DNA of 64,000 nucleotides from positions 112 through 64,111 of the forward strand of contig JBIKSA010000005.1 of assembly GCA_044348875.1 (NCBI GenBank), given 5' to 3'. The stretch's first letter is position 1. Every line of letters begins with the position of its first letter. Made by a program: the position numbers and the translations under genes. Source of the stretch: Erythrobacter sp. Its GTDB lineage: Bacteria; Pseudomonadota; Alphaproteobacteria; Sphingomonadales; Sphingomonadaceae. The notes beneath the pieces are model-generated. The model saw only the letters and a program-made list of their open reading frames with translations. It made no database searches and had not been told where the DNA came from. Below are positions 51,932 through 61,609 of this stretch, piece by piece.

Positions 51932-53209
51932 TCATTGTCCCTGTTGCAATTTGGCGTTGAGATCATCGAGGCTTTGCGCCGCGGCGAGGATGTCGGCCGG
52001 GGTCCGGGCCGCGTCCATCCGCGCGGCGCGGTGGGTGAAGGGTTCTTCCATCGGCAGGCGGCGGGAAAGCGCAGCGTCGATGGCGGCCCAGTCAGGCCGG
52101 GTAAGGCCGAGCCGTTCGGCCAATCGGCGTGCCGACAGCGCGGTGTAGGGCACGCCGAGCAAGCCAAAGCGCTGGGCCCGCAGGATCAGTCCCGCGCCAT
52201 TGAGGATCAGCTGGTGCTTGCCAAACGCGATGTCCGGGCCGCTGGCAGCCGCAGGCGGGCCGAAACGCATGAACGCCCGCCAGCCGACGATCAGCAGCGC
52301 CGCCAGCAAGCTTAAAGTCGCGGCGAGGAACGGCGGGCGGAAGGCCAGCGTCAGCAGATTCTCCGACGCGCCAAAGCCATTGAGCGTCATGTCGAAGGTG
52401 ACCTCCCCGATATCGCCGCCGTAGGTCAGTTCGTCCACCAGCGCGACAGCCACCGCCGCGCGCGCGGGATCGGCAAGACCGAAATTATTGGCAAGGTCAG
52501 GCTCTGCCAGGAAGGCCACGGGATAGGCTTCCTCGTCCGGTTCCCCGTTGAGTTCCGGCGTTACAACAAAAGCGAGCACCCGCGCCGCGCCATCGGTGAC
52601 GAACGTGTCATGCGCCGACATCGGTGTTGCAAACAGCGTTGTGGGGGTCGGCAGACTGCCCTCCTTGCCCATGCCTTGCCAGACGCCGGGCACCCGTGCC
52701 TTGCCTATGTCGGGATCGGCAGATGCGTGAGCAAAGCCGAAGGGCGACGGCAACCTCTCTGCCCAATCGCTCGTCGTGACATTGGCCAGCGTAACCCAGC
52801 CACGTTTGAACTTCTCGCGCGCCTTGGGCGGCAGCGTGGGCGAAGGTGGGGTGGCTTGCCATTTGGGCATGATAACCAAGGTGGGCCCGCGATAACGACG
52901 CTCGGCCAGTATCGTGCCGATCTCTTCCGCGTCGCCAACGGCTGGCGGGGTCAGCACCAGCAGCCCCTCCGTCTCCAACCCCTTGCGGTTGCGCGAACGA
53001 TCCACGGTGTATCCCTGCGCTTCGACCAGCCGCACCAGCCCTGCATAGCCGTTGAGCCCGCGGCTGGACGCATGGGCCTGAACGCTGCCCTGTTCGCCGC
53101 CGACGTCCTCACCCGCGCCGATGAGGTAGAGGATCGTAAGAAACAGCGCGAAGCCGCCCGCGACCAGCGCGAAGGCACCGCGCCGCGAGAATGCTGCGCC
53201 GCCGCTCAT
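51932..53209 (-). CDS. DUF4350 domain membrane protein
   Basis: N-terminal [36 protein letters not shown] + [11 protein letters not shown]. Confidence 0.8.
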   Translation of the reverse strand: MSGGAAFSRRGAFALVAGGFALFLTILYLIGAGEDVGGEQGSVQAHASSRGLNGYAGLVRLVEAQGYTVDRSRNRKGLETEGLLVLTPPAVGDAEEIGTILAERRYRGPTLVIMPKWQATPPSPTLPPKAREKFKRGWVTLANVTTSDWAERLPSPFGFAHASADPDIGKARVPGVWQGMGKEGSLPTPTTLFATPMSAHDTFVTDGAARVLAFVVTPELNGEPDEEAYPVAFLAEPDLANNFGLADPARAAVAVALVDELTYGGDIGEVTFDMTLNGFGASENLLTLAFRPPFLAATLSLLAALLIVGWRAFMRFGPPAAASGPDIAFGKHQLILNGAGLILRAQRFGLLGVPYTALSARRLAERLGLTRPDWAAIDAALSRRLPMEEPFTHRAARMDAARTPADILAAAQSLDDLNAKLQQGQ

Positions 53210-53904
53210 GCCGTCCCTCTCCGCCCATCGATTCGGGCCAGCGCGAATTCGGCATAGGCGGCGCGCGCTGCTTCCCAATCCGCGCGGTCGAGTGCGCGCA
53301 GCGCGAATAGCGATCGCTCCACCCGTTCGGCGATCACGCCAAATGCGCCGCGCGCTGCATCGGGCAGGGCAGGCAGCGCGGCAAGTTCACGCGCGGTGCT
53401 GGAAGGCTCCACCCAATCGGGCCGCGCGGCGGCGATCTGGCCGACGCTGCGCTGGAGGAGAAGGCGCGTTGCCTCGTCAAAGCGGCCCTCTGCCGCCAAC
53501 CGGTCGGCATCGTCCAGCAGCGCAAGGGTTGATGCTGCATCAGGGCGCCACGTCCCTGCCTCCCCATCGCCTGCCGTGTCGCTCCGGCGCCCCAGCACCG
53601 GCGCGATCAGGCGCACCAGCAGCAGGCCCGCAAACAGCACCGCCGCGCCCAGCAAGACCCATTGCAGCCACCACCATGACGCCCCCAGCGCCTTGCCCAG
53701 CGGGGCGAGCCATTCGGCAAGGACTACGAAGAGATCGTTGAGCAATCGTTCGAACCAGCCGGGGACGCGCGGCGTCATCTCCGGAACGGCAACGGGGGCG
53801 AACTGAATGTCGCCATCGGCCCGCAGGCTTTCCCATCCGGCGGGAGCCGCTCCGCCTGAGTCATTTGATGGACTGGAAGGGGGTGTTGCGGCCGCTGCGG
53901 TCAT
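53206..53904 (-). CDS. DUF4129-like membrane protein
   Basis: DGDIQF, TM helix, ADRLAAEGRFDEATRLLL, PSSTARE, VERSLFA. Confidence 0.75.
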   Translation of the reverse strand: MTAAAATPPSSPSNDSGGAAPAGWESLRADGDIQFAPVAVPEMTPRVPGWFERLLNDLFVVLAEWLAPLGKALGASWWWLQWVLLGAAVLFAGLLLVRLIAPVLGRRSDTAGDGEAGTWRPDAASTLALLDDADRLAAEGRFDEATRLLLQRSVGQIAAARPDWVEPSSTARELAALPALPDAARGAFGVIAERVERSLFALRALDRADWEAARAAYAEFALARIDGRRGTA

Positions 53905-53966
53905 CCCGTCAGCGGTGGTGGCACGGCGATAGGCGCCGTGCAACGGGAAACCGAGCTATCCGCGCC

Positions 53967-54860
53967 TTACCCGCGGGCGCGGGCCTGTTCATAGCTGCCC
54001 AGGATGCGCAATTCCTTGGAATGGAACGCACATTCCTCCAGCGCGCGGTCGACTGCCGGATCGCCTGGCGCACCGATGATGTCGGCGTAGAATGTCGTCG
54101 CGGCAAAGCTGGTGCCCTGCTGGTAGCTTTCCAGCTTGGTCATGTTGACACCGTTGGTGGCAAACCCGCCCAGCGATTTGTAAAGTGCGGCCGGGATGTT
54201 CTTCACCTCGAAAACAAAGGTGGTCATCACCGGCTTGCCTTCGAGCGTTTGGGCGGCGAGCGGATCGCGGGCGAGAATCACAAAGCGCGTCATGTTGTCC
54301 GCGCTGTCCTCGACATTATGCTCGATGATGGTGAGGCCATAAAGCTCGGCGGCCAGCGCCGGGGCGATGGCGGCCACGGAAAGATCGCCGCGTTCGGCCA
54401 CGTAGGCTGCCGCGCCGGCGGTATCGGCATGGCTCAATGGCACGATTCCGCGCGCGCGCAGGTAACGGCGCGACTGGCCGAGCGCCTGCGGGTGCGAATA
54501 GGCTGCCTCGAACGGCCCTGAACCCAGCGCCATCAGCGCGTGGTGGATCGGCATGAAATATTCACCGACGATATGCAGCCCGCTTTCAGGAAGCAGGAAA
54601 TGGATGTCCGCGACCCGCCCGTGCTGCGAATTTTCAATCGGGATGATCGCGCGGCCTGCACGGCCATCTTTCACCGCTTCCAGCGCATCTTCGAAGCTGA
54701 AGCAGGGCAGCGGCTGCAAATCGGGGCAAGCCTCGGTCGCAGCGCGGTGCGAATTGGCGCCGGGCGATCCTTGAAAGGCAATTGCGCAGCCCGGATCGGC
54801 AGCAGCGGCGGCGCGCATCCGGTCAACAATCTTTAGGGCAGGGCCGGGAAAGGATCGCAT
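53967..54860 (-). CDS. pheA: Prephenate dehydratase
   Basis: AFQGSPGANS, IPIENSQHGRV, YSHPQALGQ, NMTRF, NMTKLES; no chorismate mutase domain. Confidence 0.93.
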   Translation of the reverse strand: MRSFPGPALKIVDRMRAAAAADPGCAIAFQGSPGANSHRAATEACPDLQPLPCFSFEDALEAVKDGRAGRAIIPIENSQHGRVADIHFLLPESGLHIVGEYFMPIHHALMALGSGPFEAAYSHPQALGQSRRYLRARGIVPLSHADTAGAAAYVAERGDLSVAAIAPALAAELYGLTIIEHNVEDSADNMTRFVILARDPLAAQTLEGKPVMTTFVFEVKNIPAALYKSLGGFATNGVNMTKLESYQQGTSFAATTFYADIIGAPGDPAVDRALEECAFHSKELRILGSYEQARARG

Positions 54861-54958
54861 GATGACAGCGCGCCTAGAGGCTCGTTGCAAAAGGCGCAAG
54901 AATTCGTGCCATGATCAGTCTTGCGCGCGTCGCTGGCCGACACTATGAGCCGCGCGGG

Positions 54959-55657
54959 ATGACACAGGACAACTCTTCGCAGGATAACGCTGCAGGCCAG
55001 AATGGTGGCGGCGATCTGTTCAACACTGCCGCTGGCTGGGTGCTGTTCGCAGCCGGTCTCGGGCTGGGTCTATCGATCCTCTCGGGCAAGTATTTCCACG
55101 GCGATAAGCCGGAACGGCCTGAAAAGCTCGGCTACGTCATTGAAGGCGCAGTCGAGGAAAGTGCTGGCCCGGCAGAAATGTCGATCGCCGAAGCGCTGAA
55201 CGCCACGCCGGCCGCCGAACTGGTGGCCGCGGGCGAGAAGGCTTTCGCCAAGTGCCAGAGCTGCCACACCGTCAATGCGGGCGGGGCGAATGGCATTGGC
55301 CCCAACCTGCACGGCACCATGGGCAAGGCTGTCGCTGGCCACGCCGGCTTCGCCTACAGCGCCGAACTGAAGGCGCTGGGCGGCACGTGGGACTGGGACA
55401 AGATGGACGCCTGGCTCAAGAACCCCAAGGGCTATGTCCCGGGCACCAAGATGAGCTTTGCCGGTCTTTCCAAGGTTGAAGACCGCGCGGCCATCGCTGC
55501 CTATCTGAACGCGCAGGGTTCAAACCTGCCGCTTCCCGCGTTTACCGCCGCTGCGCCTGCCGAAGGTGCGCCGACGGAAGGCGCAGCTGCCGAAGCTGAA
55601 GCCGAAGGCGTTGCCGCGGCCGAAGCCGGCACCGATCCGGCAGCTGCCACCCAGTAA
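54959..55657 (+). CDS. Membrane-anchored cytochrome c (CycM/cy-type)
   Basis: N-terminal TM, CQSCH heme motif, GPNLHG, PGTKMSFAG. Confidence 0.93.
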   Translation: MTQDNSSQDNAAGQNGGGDLFNTAAGWVLFAAGLGLGLSILSGKYFHGDKPERPEKLGYVIEGAVEESAGPAEMSIAEALNATPAAELVAAGEKAFAKCQSCHTVNAGGANGIGPNLHGTMGKAVAGHAGFAYSAELKALGGTWDWDKMDAWLKNPKGYVPGTKMSFAGLSKVEDRAAIAAYLNAQGSNLPLPAFTAAAPAEGAPTEGAAAEAEAEGVAAAEAGTDPAAATQ

Positions 55658-55660
55658 GCG

Positions 55661-55690
55661 AAAAGGGCGGCCACCGTGCCGCCCTCTCCT
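55661..55690. terminator. Hairpin between convergent cytochrome c and rlmE
   Basis: AAAAGGGCGG-CCACCGTG-CCGCCCT. Confidence 0.55.
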
Positions 55691-55696
55691 TTGAAC

Positions 55697-56356
55697 CTAG
55701 CCCTTGAACCCTTGGGCGATGACATACCACTCCGACGAGCCTTTGCGGCTCGCCGGGGGTTTTGCGTGTTTGACCGCAGTAAAGTGTTTCTTGAGCAGCG
55801 CGAGCAGATCGGAATCTGTACCGCCGGCCAGCACCTTGGCCACGAAGGCTCCGCCCGGCGCGAGATTTTCGGCTGCGAACCAGGCGGCGGCTTCGACCAG
55901 ACCCATGGTGCGCAGGTGATCCGTCTGCTTATGGCCAACGGTATTGGCCGCCATGTCGGACAGGACCAGATCGGGTGGCCCGCCCAGCGCCTCGGCCAGT
56001 GCGGTGGGGGCGTCATCGGCCATGAAGTCCATCTGGAAGATCGTCACGCCCTCGATCGGCTCAACCTCGAGCAGGTCGATTCCCACCACTTCCGCCTTGG
56101 GTGATTTGGCGCGCACCACCTGCGTCCAACCGCCCGGCGCAATGCCCAGATCGACGACCCGCTTTGCGCCTTTCAGCAGGCCGAATCGCTCGTCCAGTTC
56201 GATGAGCTTGTAAGCCGCGCGGCTGCGATAGCCGTCAGCCTTGGCCTGACGCACGTAAGGATCGTTGAGCTGGCGTTCCAACCAGCGCACCTGACTTGCC
56301 GTGCGGCCCTTGGCTGTCTTGACCCGCTTGCTCGGAGTTTTGGCACCGCGGGTCAT
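55697..56356 (-). CDS. rlmE: 23S rRNA 2'-O-methyltransferase RlmE
   Basis: RQLNDPYV, YRSRAAYKL, DLGIAPGGW, LSDMAAN, KPPASRKGSSE. Confidence 0.96.
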   Translation of the reverse strand: MTRGAKTPSKRVKTAKGRTASQVRWLERQLNDPYVRQAKADGYRSRAAYKLIELDERFGLLKGAKRVVDLGIAPGGWTQVVRAKSPKAEVVGIDLLEVEPIEGVTIFQMDFMADDAPTALAEALGGPPDLVLSDMAANTVGHKQTDHLRTMGLVEAAAWFAAENLAPGGAFVAKVLAGGTDSDLLALLKKHFTAVKHAKPPASRKGSSEWYVIAQGFKG

Positions 56357-57633
56357 CGCCCGCCGCGCCCTGAACCATTGCCGGAGCGTTGCTTATTGAG
56401 CGCCTTGAGGGTGCGTTCGGACTGGTGTTCAGCGGCCATGATGCTCCTGAGTATGCCTTCGCGGATGCCCCGGTCTGCCACCCCCAGCCGCCGCGCGGGC
56501 CACAGGTCGAGGATTGCCTCCAATATCGCGCAGCCCGCCACCACCAGATCTGCCCGGTCCTGCCCTATGCAGGGCAAGGTTGCGCGTTCGAAGGGGGTCA
56601 TTACGGAAAGCCGTGCGCTGATCCCGCGCATTTCGGCGGCGGGGACGATCAGGCCGTCCACGGCCTTGCGGTCATAGCTCGGCAGTTCGAGGTAGAGGCT
56701 GGCCAGCGTCGTCACCGTGCCGCTGGTTCCCAGCAGGCGGATGTCGGGATGGCGCGCTGATCCGGCCACGCGCCCGGCAAAGGGCGCGAAGCTGTCGGCG
56801 ACCAGTTTCTTCATCTGGGCGAATCGGGCGATGCGGGCTGCCTCGCTGTCCTCGGACCGGCCCACCGTGTCGGTGAGCGAGACGACGCCCCACGGCACGC
56901 TCTGCCAGTCGAGGATGCGCGGGACCCGGGCTGCGCCCTCGCTGCCCGCTTCGACCAGCACCAGTTCGGTGGAGCCGCCGCCGATGTCGAAAATGACCGC
57001 CGGACCGGTGCCGGCTTCCAACAGGATGTGGCAGCCCAGCACGGCAAGGCGCGCTTCTTCCTCGGCACTGATGATGTCGAGCGCAATGCCGGTTTCGCGG
57101 CGCACGCGTTCGATGAACTCCACGCCGTTTTCGGCGCGGCGGCAGGCCTCGGTCGCGACTGACCGCGCGAGGCGCACATTGCGGCGCTGCAGCTTGTCTG
57201 CGCAGATCGTCAGGGCGGACAACGTCCGATCCATCGCCGCTTCCGACAAGCGCCCACAAGTGGCAAGGCCTTCACCCAATTTCACCACGCGGCTGAAGGC
57301 GTCGATCACGGTGAAATCCCGGCCCGATGGGCGCGCGATCAGCAAGCGACAATTGTTGGTGCCAAGGTCCAGCGCGGCATAGGCCTCACCGCCGGCAGAA
57401 GGCTTCATCGCGCCGATATCGGCCAAATCGGGACTGGCGCGGCCTGCGCCATTCGGCGCGCGCGCGGATCGCCGTGCATCGCCGTTTGCCCCCTTGGTCC
57501 GGCCATCTCGACCGGTGCCGCGGGGTTCGGGCTGAGGGGGGCGCTTGTAGCGAAAATCGGCTACCTTGCCGGACTTGCCGCCCCGGTCTTTCCCAGCTCT
57601 GCTATTTCTGTCCGGCGGGAGTGTTTCCGCCAT
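56353..57633 (-). CDS. Ppx/GppA family phosphatase
   Basis: ALDLGTNNCRLLIA, EEEARL, DIGGGSTE, DRGIREG; 4-bp overlap with rlmE. Confidence 0.92.
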   Translation of the reverse strand: MAETLPPDRNSRAGKDRGGKSGKVADFRYKRPPQPEPRGTGRDGRTKGANGDARRSARAPNGAGRASPDLADIGAMKPSAGGEAYAALDLGTNNCRLLIARPSGRDFTVIDAFSRVVKLGEGLATCGRLSEAAMDRTLSALTICADKLQRRNVRLARSVATEACRRAENGVEFIERVRRETGIALDIISAEEEARLAVLGCHILLEAGTGPAVIFDIGGGSTELVLVEAGSEGAARVPRILDWQSVPWGVVSLTDTVGRSEDSEAARIARFAQMKKLVADSFAPFAGRVAGSARHPDIRLLGTSGTVTTLASLYLELPSYDRKAVDGLIVPAAEMRGISARLSVMTPFERATLPCIGQDRADLVVAGCAILEAILDLWPARRLGVADRGIREGILRSIMAAEHQSERTLKALNKQRSGNGSGRGGR

Positions 57634-57742
57634 GATCACTTTACTTTCACATCACCACACGCAACGCCTGCGGGCGTATGGCACTTGCCCCAAGGCTACC
57701 CCAAGCCTCCCAAGAGAGCAAGCAATCTGCCCAACGCCGCGC

Positions 57743-57771
57743 TTGACCTTGCGCGCCTGCGAAACTAGTGA
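57743..57771 (+). promoter_or_regulatory. Putative sigma70 promoter of tRNA-Gln
   Basis: TTGACC-N17-TAGTGA. Confidence 0.55.
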
Positions 57772-57814
57772 CCGCGCTTGCTGACGCCGCCGGACAAGTC
57801 TGGTGGATGGCCAA

Positions 57815-57888
57815 TGCCCCGTCCTCTAATGGTAAGAGAGCGGACTCTGACTCCGTCAATCAAGGTTCGAATCCTTGCGGGGCATCCA
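57815..57888 (+). tRNA. tRNA-Gln (CTG)
   Basis: 74 nt; acceptor TGCCCCG/CGGGGCA, anticodon arm GCGGA-CTCTGAC-TCCGT, GGTTCGAATCC, encoded CCA. Confidence 0.95.
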
Positions 57889-58033
57889 GCTTTTCGAAAC
57901 AAATCAGTTGCGTATCTGCGGGCTGCCCCCCCTGATGGGCTGGTCTGCCGCATGGGCGACCGGCTCTGGTCGGGAGCGCCCGCTGCCTGCGTGACCGGTG
58001 GTTTGTGATCGTAAACCTGCTAGGCAGCGCAGC

Positions 58034-58354
58034 ATGACCAACATCCACAAGCTTTCTGGTCTCGTCGGCGTAGGCGGGTTTCAATATGAGTGGGAGCTGC
58101 GGAGCGAGCCACAGTGGAGCGAGTCTGAAGGCTGGAAAGGCATGACAGTCGCTTTGTTGCGCAAGCATACCCAGCGAGGAGCTTTGCTGGAATTCCCCCC
58201 GCCAAAACGGTTACTGAAAGGCATGCAACGAGGCCGCCTCCAGGTCAGCGATGCCGTTGTAATCAGGGGCATTCAGGCAGCTTTAGACGCTGGTTGGGAG
58301 CCTTCCTCCCGGGGAAAGCCGATGGTTTTCCTGGTCGATGCTGACGGCAATTAG
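58034..58354 (+). CDS. Hypothetical protein (106 aa)
   Basis: Globular-looking composition, YEWELRSEPQW, AGWEPSSRGKP; host-atypical codon usage. Confidence 0.65.
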   Translation: MTNIHKLSGLVGVGGFQYEWELRSEPQWSESEGWKGMTVALLRKHTQRGALLEFPPPKRLLKGMQRGRLQVSDAVVIRGIQAALDAGWEPSSRGKPMVFLVDADGN

Positions 58355-58377
58355 CTACAGGCCGCCGCCCATTTTTT

Positions 58378-59208
58378 TCAAGAGACCAACCATTCGGTTG
58401 TGATCTGCCCCCTATGCCCTTCGGGCGCCAAAGCGGCGCGGCAGGCTTCGAGCAGAGGAAGCAGTCCTTGCGTGAAGGCGTAGGGCGGGTTGACGATAAA
58501 CAGGCCGGCGCCGTTATAGATGCCGGGCTGATCATCATCGTACAACCAGTGCTCCACGTTAAGGAATTTCGGGATGCCCAGCCTGCGCAACTGCTGCTTC
58601 CACCGCACGTGCGTGGCGCGGTCTTTCAGCGGATACCAGATCACCGTCACGCCATGCGCCCATTTGCGGTGAGCCGCAGCAAGAGTGCCTGTGATGCGCG
58701 CGCGTTCATCCGTCTGCTCGTACGGCGGGTCGACAACCACAACGCCGCGAGGCGTTCGCGTCGGCAGCATCGCCAGCCAAAGTTCGTAAGCGTCGCGTTC
58801 ATGCACGGCAGCGGGTGTGCCGCGCATCGCGCCGCGCAGGGCATAGGCGTCATCGGGATGTTTCTCGTTAAGGATCAGAAAGTCCTGCGGGCGCAGCAGC
58901 TGTGACAGAATCCGGGGCGAGCCCGGGTAGAGGTGCGGTTCCGTTCCGTCATTCACGGCCTGCACGGCGGCGCGGTATTCGTTCAGCAAGGGGTTCGGGT
59001 CGGCAAATGCCCGCAGCACGCCCTGCGTGGATTCGCCGGTCCGTCCGGCCTCCTCGCCGTTAAGGTTATACAACCCGCAGCCGCCGTGGGTATCGATCAG
59101 GGTCAACGCGCTCGGCTTGTGCTGCAAGGCCTGCACGAGGGCGATCAGCAGGCTGTGCTTCACGACATCGGCGCTATTACCGGCATGGTACGAATGGCGA
59201 TAATTCAT
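58378..59208 (-). CDS. rlmJ: 23S rRNA (adenine-2030-N6)-methyltransferase RlmJ
   Basis: MNYRHSYHAGNSADVVKH, DTHGGCG, YPGSP, DPPY, WYPLK, VNPPY. Confidence 0.93.
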   Translation of the reverse strand: MNYRHSYHAGNSADVVKHSLLIALVQALQHKPSALTLIDTHGGCGLYNLNGEEAGRTGESTQGVLRAFADPNPLLNEYRAAVQAVNDGTEPHLYPGSPRILSQLLRPQDFLILNEKHPDDAYALRGAMRGTPAAVHERDAYELWLAMLPTRTPRGVVVVDPPYEQTDERARITGTLAAAHRKWAHGVTVIWYPLKDRATHVRWKQQLRRLGIPKFLNVEHWLYDDDQPGIYNGAGLFIVNPPYAFTQGLLPLLEACRAALAPEGHRGQITTEWLVS

Positions 59209-59410
59209 TCTGGTTCAGAACCCTGACGATCTGCCTTTTTATAGCCTGCCGGGTACAGGATCACCGATTGCATTCTACGTCCTCCTGGACATGAGGCTAT
59301 ACCGCAGGCGCCGGCTTGTCCAAGGGCCTGGTTCGTGAAGAAGCGGCGAACGGCGAGGCCTGCCCCGGTCAGCCCTCGACCTGCGTGAGAGGACCGTGCG
59401 CGCGGAGCAA

Positions 59411-59426
59411 TGTTTCACGGGAAACA
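59411..59426. promoter_or_regulatory. parS centromere-like site
   Basis: TGTTTCACGGGAAACA, 15/16 match to TGTTTCACGTGAAACA, intergenic. Confidence 0.75.
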
Positions 59427-59477
59427 CCCAGCAAACCTAGGCTATTGCGGGTCAAGGGCACCCCTATTAGGGGTCTA

Positions 59478-60371
59478 ATGATGACCGACAAAGACCTGAC
59501 AGATCGCAAGTTCTACCGTGCGGGCGAAGAAACCCGCTTTGCCGAAGCCGGCCCCGAACGCACCCCGCAAACCGTGCATCCGGCATATAAGCTCGCCTTC
59601 CGCGATACCGATTTCCTGCTGCGCGACGAATTGCGTCCGGTGCGCTTCCAGCTGGAGCTGCTAAAGCCCGAAATGCTGCTGGATGAAGCCCGCGTCGGAT
59701 CGACGCTGGTGATGTACGGTTCGGCCCGCATCCCCTCTCCCGCGCAGGCCGAGGCGCTGACCGAGGCGGCGAAGAGCGGCAGCGAGTACGAACAGACAGT
59801 CGCCGCGCGGCTGGCCGAAAAAGCGAAGTATTACGATGAAGCCTACAAGCTTGCCCGGCTGGTCAGCGAAAAGGGCATCATCGAAAATGGTCTGCGCCAG
59901 TTCGTCGTCACCACTGGCGGCGGGCCGTCGATCATGGAGGCGGGTAACCGCGGCGCTTCCGATGCGGGCAGCGAATCGATCGGGCTGAACATCGTGCTGC
60001 CCCACGAACAGGCGCCCAACCCCTATGTGACGCCCTATCTCAGCTTCCAGTTCCATTACTTCGCGCTGCGCAAGATGCACTTCCTGCTGCGCGCCCGCGC
60101 CGTGGCGGTGTTCCCCGGTGGGTTTGGCACCTTCGACGAATTCTTCGAGCTGGTCACGCTGATCCAGACTGGCAAAATGAAGCCGATGCCGATCATCCTG
60201 TTCGGCCGCGACTTCTGGACGCGCGTCATCAATTTCGAAGCACTGGCCGAAGAAGGCACGATTTCGAAAAGCGATCTCGACCTGTTCACATGGGTGGAAA
60301 CGGCTGAGGAGGCATGGGCCTGCATCGCCGAATTCTACGAGATCAAGGACCACTCGGTTCAGGAAGATTGA
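59478..60371 (+). CDS. LOG family (Rossmann-fold nucleotide-binding) protein
   Basis: MYGSARI, TGGGPSIMEAGNRGA, FHYFALRKMHF, PGGFGTFDE. Confidence 0.92.
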   Translation: MMTDKDLTDRKFYRAGEETRFAEAGPERTPQTVHPAYKLAFRDTDFLLRDELRPVRFQLELLKPEMLLDEARVGSTLVMYGSARIPSPAQAEALTEAAKSGSEYEQTVAARLAEKAKYYDEAYKLARLVSEKGIIENGLRQFVVTTGGGPSIMEAGNRGASDAGSESIGLNIVLPHEQAPNPYVTPYLSFQFHYFALRKMHFLLRARAVAVFPGGFGTFDEFFELVTLIQTGKMKPMPIILFGRDFWTRVINFEALAEEGTISKSDLDLFTWVETAEEAWACIAEFYEIKDHSVQED

Positions 60372-60390
60372 TAGCGCCGGGCCGGCCCGC

Positions 60391-61197
60391 TCAATCGTTT
60401 GAACGCACCGCCTGATGTCCCAAAGGCCCGCTCCCCGCGCCAAAGCCGGGGGCGGCTTCAATCGCGCGCAGCACGAATTGGCGGGCGAGCCTGACCGCAT
60501 CTTCCAGGGGGTGGCCGCGCCCGATCAGCGTCGCAATGGCTGATGACAGGGTGCAGCCCGTGCCGTGGGTGTGACGCGTAGGGATGCGGGCGTGATCGAA
60601 GCGGACCGGTCGTGCGCCGGGACGGACCAGCACGTCGGTAATGCGGTCGCTGTCGCCATGCCCGCCTTTTGCCAGCACCGCTGCGCCGGTTGCGCTGGCC
60701 AATTCCTCGGCCGCGGCGATCATGTCCTGCGTGCTGGCGAGCGGGCGACCGGCAAGGTGCGACAGTTCCGGCAGGTTGGGCGTCAGCAACAATGCGCGCG
60801 GGAACAGCTTGGCGCGCAAGGCGGCAACCGCCTCCGCCCCAACAAGCACCGCGCCCGACGTGGCGATCATCACCGGATCGAGCACAAGGGGCGCGTCAAC
60901 GCCGTCCAGCGCGTCGGCAACGGCGGCGATCACGGCGGCATCGTGCAGCATCCCGATCTTGATCGCATCAACCCCGATATCTTCGATGCACGATGCGATC
61001 TGCTGGGCGACCATAGCCGGCTCCAGCGCGGCGATCCCTTGCACGCCGACGGTGTTCTGCGCGGTGATCGCGGTGATCGCGGTCATCGCATAACCGCCAA
61101 GCATGGCGATGGTTTTAATGTCCGCCTGAACGCCCGCCCCGCCCGAGGAATCGGAACCGGCGATGGAAAGTATGCGGGGGGGAGCGGCGTCGGTCAT
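60391..61197 (-). CDS. thiD: Hydroxymethylpyrimidine/phosphomethylpyrimidine kinase
   Basis: SIAGSDSSGGAGVQADIK, LDPVMIATSG, TPNLPE, HTHGTGCTLSSA. Confidence 0.97.
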   Translation of the reverse strand: MTDAAPPRILSIAGSDSSGGAGVQADIKTIAMLGGYAMTAITAITAQNTVGVQGIAALEPAMVAQQIASCIEDIGVDAIKIGMLHDAAVIAAVADALDGVDAPLVLDPVMIATSGAVLVGAEAVAALRAKLFPRALLLTPNLPELSHLAGRPLASTQDMIAAAEELASATGAAVLAKGGHGDSDRITDVLVRPGARPVRFDHARIPTRHTHGTGCTLSSAIATLIGRGHPLEDAVRLARQFVLRAIEAAPGFGAGSGPLGHQAVRSND

Positions 61198-61372
61198 GCT
61201 GCGCGCTTTAGCAAGTCCGCAGGGCGAGCAAGAGGGTTTTTAGCGACCGGGCGCGGGGCGGCGGCTTTCGGGGCCGAGCGGCGGTGCTTTGCATGGGGGA
61301 ATTGGTTGGGAAACGCACGCCGCATGGGCCTGGATTGCATCGGAAGAAATACAAAACCCAAATGCCATAAGC

Positions 61373-61609
61373 CTAGGCAGTGACAACAACGGCCTCATCA
61401 AAGCGGACTTCGCCAATGATATTCTGATCCGAATCCACGAACTCTATCCGGTGATTTCCGACGAAATGGCCACGCAAAACCGTCTCTGCCGCAAGTGAGC
61501 GGGCGGACTTTACTGCATGGGCCCGTGCAGCGTGGGCATTCGCTAACAACGCGCCTTCATCATCGAGGGTTATGTCGTCATTATAAATGTTGAAATAATA
61601 TCTTTTCAT
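61373..61609 (-). CDS. Small DUF6894-like protein (78 aa)
   Basis: MKRYYFNIYND...DDEG...AARAHAVKSAR...IEFVD...VRFDEAV pattern; AT-rich codons. Confidence 0.65.
   Translation of the reverse strand: MKRYYFNIYNDDITLDDEGALLANAHAARAHAVKSARSLAAETVLRGHFVGNHRIEFVDSDQNIIGEVRFDEAVVVTA

Noticed and set aside
59440-59465. TTGCGGGTCAAGGGCACC as attR copy of the tRNA-Gln 3' end
   Set aside because: Only 7 contiguous bases match TTGCGGGGCATCC; more likely part of the LOG promoter
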